Positions 1 through 7,670 of a DNA stretch of 27,057 bases are shown piece after piece; position 1 is the stretch's first letter, and the number at the start of each line of letters is the position of its first letter. Source of the stretch: a virus; the UHGV virus genome UHGV-2044750. The stretch is one strand, 5' to 3'. Under the pieces are notes generated by a model, which searched no databases, was not told the DNA's origin, and worked only from the letters and a program-made list of their open reading frames with translations. Position numbers and translations under genes: made by a program.

Positions 1-142
1 CTTCGGCGGGTTTTTGTTTTTATTTTCAACGCGTTTGAAGTTCTGGACGGTGCCGGAATAGAATCAAAAATACTTAAGTAGCGCGCAGGGATAAGAGGGA
101 TGGTCCCTTAAAGGGGAGAGCTAATTATCCGGAAGGATTCTG

Positions 143-394
143 ATGATGAACATCGAAGAACTGCGTAAAATTTTTTGTGAAGATGGCCTCTATGCTGTGT
201 GCGTTGAAAATGGAAATCTTGTTAGTCATTACCGCATTATGTGTTTGCGAAAGAATGGGGCTGCGTTAATTAATTTTGTGGATGGTCGAGTGACAGACGG
301 ATTTATCTTGCGCGAAGGTGAGTTTGTCACTTCATTACAGGCACTGAAAGAGATCGGAATAAAAGCAGGCTTTTCAGCTTTTGCAGAAGAATAA
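143..394 (+). CDS. Hypothetical protein (83 aa), nin-region small ORF
   Basis: ORF with GGAAGGA Shine-Dalgarno about 8 nt upstream of ATG 143; no function recognised. Confidence 0.55.
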   Translation: MMNIEELRKIFCEDGLYAVCVENGNLVSHYRIMCLRKNGAALINFVDGRVTDGFILREGEFVTSLQALKEIGIKAGFSAFAEE

Positions 395-460
395 ACTCAT
401 CTACAATCTTGCGCGGGGCTGAACTCCCGCTGAGTAACACCGTGCCACCGGAGAAAACCG

Positions 461-739
461 ATGGCACGCAACGTAAAATATTACAATTCTGATAATTCGC
501 CCGTTCTTGTCTGCACGCACGAGCGGTATTCTCACGCATTCAAGTCTGAATGGTTCCAACACCCTCCATGCACTGAAGAGCAGGCTGAATGGATAATTCA
601 GTGTTACCGCAGGCGCGGATACGAGGTTAAGAAAGCCCTTAGCCTCGACTACCGTCACTGGATAATCTCAGTCAGATTGCCTTACTCCGAACGCCCACCA
701 CGTGCGTCCCGCACTTTCCAGCAACGGATCTGGAGGTAA
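461..739 (+). CDS. Hypothetical protein (92 aa); may be a separate small gene or a frameshifted N-terminal part of the downstream DUF968 gene
   Basis: ATG 461 preceded by GGAGAAAA SD; its 3' end overlaps the next ORF in another frame; C-terminal 20 aa look low-complexity. Confidence 0.4.
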   Translation: MARNVKYYNSDNSPVLVCTHERYSHAFKSEWFQHPPCTEEQAEWIIQCYRRRGYEVKKALSLDYRHWIISVRLPYSERPPRASRTFQQRIWR

Positions 740-1790
740 CGTGCGGGTATTACTTAGACCTGTTCTGGTGCCTGAGCTTGGGCTGGTGGTCCTTAAGCCG
801 GGCCGTGAATCCATACAGATATTTCATAATCCTCGAGTGCTGGTGGAACCGGAACCAAAAAGCATGCGTAATCTGCCATCCGGAGTCGTTCCTGCCGTTC
901 GCCAGCCGCTGGCGGAAGACAAAACATTGCTGCCGTTTTTTAGTAACGAACGGGTGATTCGTGCTGCTGGCGGTGTTGGCGCATTGTCTGACTGGCTATT
1001 ACGTCATGTTACATCCTGCCAGTGGCCTAATGGCGATTACCATCACTCTGAAACAGTCATTCACCGTTATGGTACCGGCGCAATGGTGTTGTGTTGGCAC
1101 TGCGACAACCAACTGCGTGACCAGACATCGGAATCACTGGAGCTGCTTGTTCAACAAAATCTGACAGCATGGGTGATTGACGTCATCCGTCACGCAATAA
1201 GCGGTACGCAGGAGCGGGAATTATCTTTGGCTGAATTATCCTGGTGGGCGGTCTGCAATCAGGTGGTGGATGAACTACCTGAGGCTGTATCGCGTCGTTC
1301 GCTGGGATTACCAGCGGAAAAAATCTGCTCGGTGTACCGCGAAAGCGACATCGTACCGGGAGAGCAGACCGCCACCAGCATATTGAAACAACGCACAAAA
1401 AATCTTGCACCGTTGCCTTACGCCCACCAGCAACAAAAAACACCACAGGAAAAGACGGTGGTAAGCATCACCGTTGATCCGGAGTCTCCGGAATCCTTCA
1501 TGAAACGACCTAAACGTCGCCGCTGGGTAAATGAGAAATACACACGCTGGGTAAAGACACAGCCGTGTGCGTGTTGTGGTAAGCCAGCGGACGATCCTCA
1601 TCATCTGATTGGTCATGGTCAGGGTGGAATGGGAACAAAATCCCACGATATTTTCACGCTACCGCTGTGTCGGGAGCATCACAACGAGCTTCATGCGGAT
1701 CCGCTGGCGTTCGAAGAAAAGCATGGTTCCCAGGTTGATTTAATTTTTCGTTTTCTTGATCACGCTTTTGCAACCGGCGTGCTCGGGTAA
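702..1790 (+). CDS. DUF968-like prophage protein with C-terminal HNH-type zinc-finger motif
   Basis: C-terminus CACCGKP...DPHHLIGHG...CREHHNELH is an HNH-like Cys/His motif; sits immediately upstream of rusA as in lambdoid nin regions. GTG start at 702 is uncertain; ATG 864 is an alternative. Confidence 0.6.
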   Translation: MRPALSSNGSGGNVRVLLRPVLVPELGLVVLKPGRESIQIFHNPRVLVEPEPKSMRNLPSGVVPAVRQPLAEDKTLLPFFSNERVIRAAGGVGALSDWLLRHVTSCQWPNGDYHHSETVIHRYGTGAMVLCWHCDNQLRDQTSESLELLVQQNLTAWVIDVIRHAISGTQERELSLAELSWWAVCNQVVDELPEAVSRRSLGLPAEKICSVYRESDIVPGEQTATSILKQRTKNLAPLPYAHQQQKTPQEKTVVSITVDPESPESFMKRPKRRRWVNEKYTRWVKTQPCACCGKPADDPHHLIGHGQGGMGTKSHDIFTLPLCREHHNELHADPLAFEEKHGSQVDLIFRFLDHAFATGVLG

Positions 1791-1802
1791 AAGAGGTTAC
1801 TG

Positions 1803-2162
1803 ATGCGTATAGAGTTTGTTTTGCTTTACCCGCCGACGGTGAACACCTACTGGCGACGTCGTGGCAGCACATATTTTGTATCAAAAGCCGGTGAGCGTTA
1901 TCGCCGGGATGTGGCACTTATTGTTCGCCAGCAGCGGCTGAAATTAAACCTGTCCGGAAGGCTGGCGATAAAGATTATTGCCGAGCCACCGGATAAGCGC
2001 CGCCGTGACCTGGACAATATTCTGAAAGCGCCGCTGGATGCGCTGACGCATGCGGGGGTGCTAATGGACGATGAGCAGTTTGATGAAATCAATATTGTAC
2101 GTGGTCAGCCAGTATCTGGTGGACGGCTGGGTGTGAAGATTTACAAAATTGAGAGTGAGTGA
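1803..2162 (+). CDS. rusA: Crossover junction endodeoxyribonuclease RusA (Holliday junction resolvase)
   Basis: 119 aa; motifs YPPTVNTYWRR and DKRRRDLDNILKAPLDAL match the RusA family; AAGAGG SD 6 nt upstream of ATG. Confidence 0.9.
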   Translation: MRIEFVLLYPPTVNTYWRRRGSTYFVSKAGERYRRDVALIVRQQRLKLNLSGRLAIKIIAEPPDKRRRDLDNILKAPLDALTHAGVLMDDEQFDEINIVRGQPVSGGRLGVKIYKIESE

Positions 2163-2170
2163 GCGTAAAT

Positions 2171-2701
2171 ATGATATATCCGGAAATTACAGGCAAAAGC
2201 GGCGAACATTTACGCCTGAACACGCTGGAAGCAGTCTGGATCCAGGGGAAATTACGGATGTGGGGGCGGTGGTCGTATATCGGTGGGGGTAAATCCGGAA
2301 ATATGTTTAACCGGTTACTGGTTTCGAAAAAGCTGACGAAAACAGCAGTTAATGAGGTTTTACGCAGCATGAAGAAATCCGGGCTGGAAAAACCGGAACT
2401 TGAGGCATTTTTTCGGGATATGACCAGAGGGAAGCAGAAGAGCTGGTTGTCACATTGTACAGACACAGAGGCGTTGATTATTGATCGCGTTATCAGTGAG
2501 GTGCTTGGGGAATATCCCGGGCTAATCAATATTCTCCGGCAAAGGTACGAAGGACGGGGAATGAGTAAGAGAAAAATGGCAGAATGTTTAAATCGTACTC
2601 ACCCGGAATGGTGTTTCAGCACATGTGAGAAACGTATTGCAGGTTGGTTAGCCGTGGCTGAACACATGCTTTATGTACCTATGCACGATTCATTTCGATA
2701 A
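2171..2701 (+). CDS. Q: Late-gene antitermination protein Q (Q-like)
   Basis: Position directly after rusA and before a terminator, as for Q in lambdoid phages; Cys/His-containing C-terminal region. Family assignment is from synteny plus weak recognition. GTG 2159 is an alternative start. Confidence 0.55.
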   Translation: MIYPEITGKSGEHLRLNTLEAVWIQGKLRMWGRWSYIGGGKSGNMFNRLLVSKKLTKTAVNEVLRSMKKSGLEKPELEAFFRDMTRGKQKSWLSHCTDTEALIIDRVISEVLGEYPGLINILRQRYEGRGMSKRKMAECLNRTHPEWCFSTCEKRIAGWLAVAEHMLYVPMHDSFR

Positions 2702-2797
2702 AAAAAGCTTGCTTTTTTACGCAGAAACAGCTTGAATTCCTGTAAGCTTCGCAAAGCTGTATCGCGAGGCGAAATGCAAGTTTTTTCGCACAAGGAA

Positions 2798-2819
2798 GCC
2801 ACCGGAAGGTGGTTTTTTT
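2798..2819 (+). terminator. Rho-independent terminator downstream of Q (candidate tR')
   Basis: Stem CCACC / GGTGG with GGAA loop followed by a 7-T run. Confidence 0.5.
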
Positions 2820-2942
2820 GTGTCCGTAATATACAGCAGCGCAATAAATTCGCTGGTGGTTATTAATACCGTTCTTTCAGGTTGCTGGCTTTTTCGACAA
2901 GAGTTATTGGTGTGTCACGTTAACCGGAAAAGGGAAAAAGAC

Positions 2943-3140
2943 ATGCTGAAACAGCAGGATATGACAGAAACCGCCAGAGTGGTGTTTAATGAATTAAGCG
3001 TTACCGACCCGGCGACAGTCGGGGAGATTGCGCAGAATACTTACCTTTCACGCGAACGCTGCCAGTTAATACTGACCCAGCTGGTTATGGCGGGTCTGGC
3101 AGACTATCAGTTTGGTTGTTACAGACGCCTTCAGTCCTGA
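2943..3140 (+). CDS. Small winged-helix protein (65 aa), PapI/FaeA-like
   Basis: ATG 2943 with AGGGA SD 7 nt upstream; the segment TVGEIAQNTYLSRERCQLILTQLVMAGLA resembles the PapI/FaeA helix-turn-helix pattern. The fold assignment is a pattern-based inference. Confidence 0.45.
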   Translation: MLKQQDMTETARVVFNELSVTDPATVGEIAQNTYLSRERCQLILTQLVMAGLADYQFGCYRRLQS

Positions 3141-3167
3141 AGGCTTTTTTATTTGTGGTAAATGGGC

Positions 3168-3198
3168 GGCTGGTGGGTGTAAGGGGCACCCACCAGCC
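3168..3198 (+). promoter_or_regulatory. Perfect 12-bp stem-loop between the small wHTH ORF and the methyltransferase
   Basis: GGCTGGTGGGTG (3168-3179) and its exact reverse complement CACCCACCAGCC (3187-3198), 7-nt loop; no T-run follows on the + strand. Confidence 0.35.
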
Positions 3199-3290
3199 AT
3201 CTGCTCATGCGTTGGGTTCACAAGCAAACCTCAGGCCCACTGCTTTGCGCAAAAGCAGAATGAGCCTATCAGAGACAGGCTTAATGATCC

Positions 3291-4340
3291 ATGCTTAATA
3301 CTGTAAAAATATCCAGTTGTGAGTTAATCAACGCCGACTGCCTGGAATTTATGCGGTCGTTACCCGAAAATTCTGTTGACCTGATAGTCACGGACCCGCC
3401 GTACTTCAAAGTGAAACCCGAGGGCTGGGATAACCAGTGGGCGGGTGATGAAGATTACCTGAAGTGGCTGGACCAGTGTCTTGCGCAGTTCTGGCGGGTG
3501 CTGAAACCTGCCGGAAGTCTTTACCTGTTCTGTGGCCATCGTCTGGCATCTGACACCGAAATCATGATGCGTGAGCGGTTTAACGTGCTGAACCATATCA
3601 TCTGGGCAAAGCCGTCCGGACGCTGGAACGGGTGCAACAAGGAAAGCCTGCGGGCGTATTTCCCCGCCACAGAGCGCATTCTGTTCGCAGAGCATTATCA
3701 GGGGCCGTATCGTCCGAAAGATGCCGGGTATGAGGCGAAGGGTAGGGCACTGAAACAGCATGTGATGGCCCCGCTGATTGCTTACTTTCGTGATGCGCGC
3801 GCTGTCCTGGGGATAACGGCAAAACAGATTGCAGATGCCACAGGAAAGAAAAACATGGTGTCGCACTGGTTCAGTGCCGGTCAGTGGCAGCTGCCGAACG
3901 AAAGCGATTATCTGAAATTACAGGCACTGTTTGCCCGGGTGGCAGAAGAGAAGCATCAGCGGGGTGAACTGGAAAAGCCCCACCACCAGCTGGTGGATAC
4001 GTATGCCTCTCTGAACCGACAGTATGCGGAGCTGCAGAGTGAATATAAGCATCTGCGGCGGTATTTTGGTGTGACGGCGCAGGTGCCGTACACGGATGTG
4101 TGGACACATAAACCGGTGCAGTTCTATCCCGGGAAACATCCGTGCGAAAAACCGGCAGAAATGCTGCAGCAGATAATCAGCGCAAGCAGTCGTCCGGGTG
4201 ACCTGGTTGCAGATTTTTTTATGGGCTCAGGTTCAACGGTAAAAGCGGCACTGGCGCTCGGGCGTCGTGCAATTGGCGTTGAGCTGGAGACTGAACGTTT
4301 TGAGCAGACAGTCAGGGAAGTTCAGGATTTAATCGTTTGA
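3291..4340 (+). CDS. DNA methyltransferase, beta-class (N6-adenine or N4-cytosine), orphan (no adjacent restriction gene)
   Basis: DPPY catalytic motif near the N-terminus (LIVTDPPYF) and AdoMet-binding motif near the C-terminus (DLVADFFMGSGST), i.e. beta-class motif order; 349 aa. Confidence 0.9.
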   Translation: MLNTVKISSCELINADCLEFMRSLPENSVDLIVTDPPYFKVKPEGWDNQWAGDEDYLKWLDQCLAQFWRVLKPAGSLYLFCGHRLASDTEIMMRERFNVLNHIIWAKPSGRWNGCNKESLRAYFPATERILFAEHYQGPYRPKDAGYEAKGRALKQHVMAPLIAYFRDARAVLGITAKQIADATGKKNMVSHWFSAGQWQLPNESDYLKLQALFARVAEEKHQRGELEKPHHQLVDTYASLNRQYAELQSEYKHLRRYFGVTAQVPYTDVWTHKPVQFYPGKHPCEKPAEMLQQIISASSRPGDLVADFFMGSGSTVKAALALGRRAIGVELETERFEQTVREVQDLIV

Positions 4341-4389
4341 AACGGATGAGATTGCAGAATTAATTTCGCACCATTATTATTCTGGTCCC

Positions 4390-4465
4390 GGCCCTTTAGC
4401 TCAGTGGTGAGAGCGAGCGACTCATAATCGCCAGGTCGCTGGTTCAAATCCAGCAAGGGCCACCA
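4390..4465 (+). tRNA. ileZ: tRNA-Ile (anticodon CAU, lysidine-type AUA reader)
   Basis: Cloverleaf folded by hand: 7-bp acceptor stem GGCCCTT/AAGGGCC, anticodon loop CTCATAA, T-loop TTCAAAT, 3' CCA encoded; closely resembles E. coli tRNA-Ile2. Symbol from the Stx-phage ileZ-argN-argO trio. Confidence 0.85.
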
Positions 4466-4472
4466 TCACATA

Positions 4473-4549
4473 CCGCCATTAGCTCATCAGGAAAGAGCGC
4501 CAGCTTTCGAAGCTGGTTGCGCGGAGTTCGGGTCCCCGAAGGCGGTCCA
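4473..4549 (+). tRNA. argN: tRNA-Arg (anticodon UCG) with one mismatch each in acceptor and T stems
   Basis: Anticodon stem CCAGC/GCTGG with loop TTTCGAA; acceptor CCGCCAT/AAGGCGG has an A-A mispair; T-stem has an A-C mispair; CCA encoded. Symbol is tentative, by order in the trio. Confidence 0.65.
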
Positions 4550-4562
4550 TTATCTGTATCCT

Positions 4563-4639
4563 GCGTTGTTAGCTCAGCCGGACAGAGCAATTGCCTTCTA
4601 AGCAATCGGTCACTGGTTCGAATCCAGTACAACGCGCCA
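4563..4639 (+). tRNA. argO: tRNA-Arg (anticodon UCU, reads AGA)
   Basis: Perfect acceptor stem GCGTTGT/ACAACGC, anticodon loop CTTCTAA, T-loop TTCGAAT, CCA encoded. Symbol is tentative, by order in the trio. Confidence 0.85.
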
Positions 4640-4654
4640 CACTTATTTTCCCTG

Positions 4655-4679
4655 GCTCGCTTTTGCGGGCTTTTTTTTT
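4655..4679 (+). terminator. Rho-independent terminator after the tRNA cluster
   Basis: 6-bp stem GCTCGC/GCGGGC (one G-U pair), TTTT loop, followed by a 9-T run. Confidence 0.55.
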
Positions 4680-4875
4680 AAATGTCTCACAATTCAGGCG
4701 GTTGACTGTTGTCTGGTTTGCGGGGAGTTTGTTAAAAGAAACTGGCATGGTGAATCCCCCTGTGCGGAGGGGCAATCAGCGAGTAGGTATATGGGATAAT
4801 CGCGGATTCAGGTGCTGGTACTGAATTCACCGGGAGGCACCCGGCACCATGCAATGGCACATAGCGCCACTCTCC

Positions 4876-4910
4876 AGCCCCTCTCCGGAGGGGCTGTTTA
4901 TATTGATTTT
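4876..4910 (+). terminator. Rho-independent terminator
   Basis: Perfect 8-bp stem AGCCCCTC/GAGGGGCT with TCCG loop, followed by GTTTATATTGATTTT. Confidence 0.45.
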
Positions 4911-4930
4911 GTCAGATGTGAGTAAACTCC

Positions 4931-5266
4931 TTATGGACTTTGTTGTTTTAGTCCATAAGGACATATTTGCAGAGTGCAACGGTTATTAAAGCATTCATTC
5001 AATACGTTATCTGTATTTGTAGGGCATTCCTGGCTGTTTTTGATTAAATTCCAGAATGTTTTATTGAATGGTACTACGTTGTAAATGGTTACAGGTAGCA
5101 CTTTGTTATTGAGCATGATACCTGTGTGAGTCAGTGTAAATATACTTTCAGGAGGTAAGAAAGCATCCGATTGATACCAGATTATCAATTTTATTTTACT
5201 CCATATGACTGAAAAAGATATTCCGCATGATGGCTGGATAACTGTATCAATCACAATCCACTTCAT
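4931..5266 (-). CDS. Hypothetical protein (111 aa), AT-rich orphan ORF at the stx-equivalent locus
   Basis: Minus-strand ORF with AAGGAAA SD about 5-7 nt upstream of ATG; stop codon lies inside an 11-bp perfect inverted repeat (4929-4960); low GC relative to flanks; no family recognised. Confidence 0.5.
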   Translation of the reverse strand: MKWIVIDTVIQPSCGISFSVIWSKIKLIIWYQSDAFLPPESIFTLTHTGIMLNNKVLPVTIYNVVPFNKTFWNLIKNSQECPTNTDNVLNECFNNRCTLQICPYGLKQQSP

Positions 5267-5526
5267 TTAGTTTCCTTGTTTATGCCTTGCTGGTGATGTT
5301 CTGAAAAGTATAAATGATATTTTTGATTGTAAACCATAGAGCAGAATTATTTTTCTGATGTTGTTTATTGTTTATTTAAATGCAGGGTGGTTTATATCTC
5401 GTCTTGTAGTTTATCCATGCATATCTGCTTGATGATGAGGTTTTTATTTAAGGTATGGTTTTGTGTTTTTTCTGTATTACATGTCAGGTATTTTAAAGAA
5501 TTATTTTTCAGATGGTGGAAAGAACC

Positions 5527-7377
5527 ATGGCATTTAAACACTATGATGTTGTCAGGGCGGCGTCGCCGTCAGATCTTGCGGAAAAGCTGACACATAAACT
5601 GAAAGAAGGCTGGCAGCCGTTTGGTAGTCCGGTGGCCATAACCCCTTATACCCTGATGCAGGCGATTGCAGCAGAAGGTGATGTGGTCGTCAGTGGTGCA
5701 ACTGAGCCAGAGTGGTACTACGTCATCGTACTGGCCGGGCAATCCAATGCCATGGCTTATGGTGAAGGGCTTCCGCTTCCGGATTCATACGATGCGCCCC
5801 ATCCGCGCATTAAGCAACTGGCCCGTCGTAACACAGTGACTCCCGGTGGTGAAGTATGCGTATTTAACGACATCATTCCTGCTGACCATTGTCTGCATGA
5901 TGTTCAGGATATGAGTACGATTAACCATCCCCGGGCTGACCTGAGCAAAGGGCAGTACGGCTGTGTCGGACAGGGCTTACATATTGCCAAAAAACTGCTT
6001 CCGTATATCCCTAATAATGCGGGGATCCTGCTGGTACCATGCTGTCGTGGTGGTTCGGCATTCACCCAGGGCACGGAGGGGACATTCAGCGAGTCCACGG
6101 GGGCCAGTCAGGATTCGGCTCGCTGGGGAGTGGGTAAGCCGTTATATCAGGATCTGCTTTTCCGCACGAAGGCAGCATTGCAGAAAAACCCGAAAAACGT
6201 TTTGCTGGCGATATGCTGGATGCAGGGGGAATTCGATATGACGAATGCCAGTTACGCCCAGCAGCCAGCAGCATTTCTTGCAATGGTACAGCAGTTCCGT
6301 GCTGACTTTGCCGGGCTGGCGGCGCAGTGTCACGGTGGAAGTCCGGCATCAGTCCCCTGGATTTGTGGCGACACGACATACGCGTGGAAACAAGAACACG
6401 GTACGCAATATGAAGTGGTATATGGTGCATATAAAGGTAAAGAATCCCAGCAGATTTATTTTGTTCCCTTTATGACCGATGGTAGCGGAGTTAATACACC
6501 GACAAACAACCCGTCAGAAGATCCTGATATTGCCGGGTCTGGTTATTACGGTTCGGCATCCCGAACGAACAAAAACTGGGTATCATCAAATCGCCCGACG
6601 CATTTCAGCTCATGGGCGCGTCGTGGCATTATTCCCGATCGTATGGCAACTGCTATTCTGAACGTAGCCGGTCGCACCTTAGCCTTCATTAGTGGTAAGG
6701 CACCGGAAATCAAACCCTCGCCCGGCGGCGACACGCCATCGGGGCCGTCTGAAGATGCATCCGTACGCACAATCTCCCTGTTGCCGACAGCCGGAGATGC
6801 TGCTGCGCAGGGCTGGAGCATTAAGAATGGCGGAATTCAGTTGTCAGATGGTGTATTTAAGATCACCAAGCAGAGCAATAAAACCTGGTCCCTGATGCAT
6901 CCGGTGGATGACGCAATTACCCTGCTGACACAGGGCGGCAGACTGACCTGTAAGTTCCGCCTCTCAGGCGCACTGACCAACAATCAGTTCGGGCTGGGGA
7001 TTTATCTGTATACGGACGCTCCCGTTCCTGATGATGTGGCGATGACGGGTACTGGTAATCCGTTCCTGATGTCTTACTTCACTCAGACCACTGACGGCAG
7101 AGTGAATCTGATGCATCACAGGAAAGCCGGAAACACGAAGCTGGGGGAGTTCGGCGATTACGGTAACGACTGGCAGACGCTGGAGCTGGTGTTCACCGCC
7201 GGCAGTGCCACGGTTACTCCGAAACTGAATGGAGTGGCTGGCCCGGCATTCCAGGTTATAAAAGACAGTCTGACACTGGGACTGAATGCGCTGACGCTGA
7301 CGGATGTTACAAAAAGTGCAGCGTATGGCGTTGAGATAGAAAGTCTGGTGCTGGAGATAAATGCACCGGCAGCATAA
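5527..7377 (+). CDS. nanS: Prophage sialate O-acetylesterase, NanS-p type (DUF1737 N-domain plus SGNH/SASA esterase domain)
   Basis: N-terminus MAFKHYDVVRAASPSDLAEKL (DUF1737-like) and esterase block LAGQSNAMAYGEG (GQSN motif); about 616 aa; sits between the tRNA cluster and the lysis genes as nanS-p does in Stx-type prophages. The upstream in-frame ATG 5512 lacks an SD. Confidence 0.85.
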   Translation: MAFKHYDVVRAASPSDLAEKLTHKLKEGWQPFGSPVAITPYTLMQAIAAEGDVVVSGATEPEWYYVIVLAGQSNAMAYGEGLPLPDSYDAPHPRIKQLARRNTVTPGGEVCVFNDIIPADHCLHDVQDMSTINHPRADLSKGQYGCVGQGLHIAKKLLPYIPNNAGILLVPCCRGGSAFTQGTEGTFSESTGASQDSARWGVGKPLYQDLLFRTKAALQKNPKNVLLAICWMQGEFDMTNASYAQQPAAFLAMVQQFRADFAGLAAQCHGGSPASVPWICGDTTYAWKQEHGTQYEVVYGAYKGKESQQIYFVPFMTDGSGVNTPTNNPSEDPDIAGSGYYGSASRTNKNWVSSNRPTHFSSWARRGIIPDRMATAILNVAGRTLAFISGKAPEIKPSPGGDTPSGPSEDASVRTISLLPTAGDAAAQGWSIKNGGIQLSDGVFKITKQSNKTWSLMHPVDDAITLLTQGGRLTCKFRLSGALTNNQFGLGIYLYTDAPVPDDVAMTGTGNPFLMSYFTQTTDGRVNLMHHRKAGNTKLGEFGDYGNDWQTLELVFTAGSATVTPKLNGVAGPAFQVIKDSLTLGLNALTLTDVTKSAAYGVEIESLVLEINAPAA

Positions 7378-7589
7378 TAAAAAAAGCCAGCGCCCTCTCT
7401 GAAGGACGCTGGCTAAAACGGGTAGATGTACTTCACATGATACTTATACTTGGCAGTACATTTTCTGACAGACAGTGACGGATGTTGTCAAGATATTGTG
7501 TCATTTATAACCTGAATCAGGGGTTGGCCGGAATGTTATCTGGCATTTTTAGCAGAGCCTGAATGCCATAATCACGGCTCCCGGCGTTG

Positions 7590-7626
7590 GCCGTCAGTGG
7601 GTGACACTGGCGGCTTTTTTGTTTTT
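7590..7626 (+). terminator. Strong rho-independent terminator immediately upstream of the lysis cassette
   Basis: 10-bp stem GCCGTCAGTG/CACTGGCGGC (one G-U pair), 5-nt loop, followed by TTTTTTGTTTTT. Confidence 0.55.
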
Positions 7627-7670
7627 CTTTACTTTCATTTTCTGTCGGCGGTGACGGAGACATACATCAG

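Noticed and set aside
1-25. Possible 3' half of a terminator at the window edge (CGGCGGG followed by T-run)
   Set aside because: The 5' half of any hairpin lies outside the window, so it cannot be verified.
3360-4139. Minus-strand ORFs inside the methyltransferase gene
   Set aside because: Antisense to a confidently identified methyltransferase ORF; no independent support.
4444-4824. Six-frame ORFs 4444-4632(-), 4569-4775(-), 4591-4824(+)
   Set aside because: They overlap the three tRNA genes and their terminator; no RBS; artefacts of open frames across structured RNA genes.
4640-5526. Looked for stxA/stxB at the canonical position between the tRNA trio and nanS-p
   Set aside because: No ORF of appropriate size or sequence on either strand; the interval holds only an unrelated 111-aa minus-strand ORF.
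5387-5590. 67-aa + strand ORF overlapping the nanS-p start
   Set aside because: AT-rich low-complexity translation, no SD, overlaps the nanS-p 5' end; likely spurious.
7384-7415. 8-bp hairpin just after the nanS-p stop as a + strand terminator
   Set aside because: Preceded by an A-run, not followed by a T-run, and has a 15-nt loop; at best a weak or minus-strand-oriented structure, so not called.
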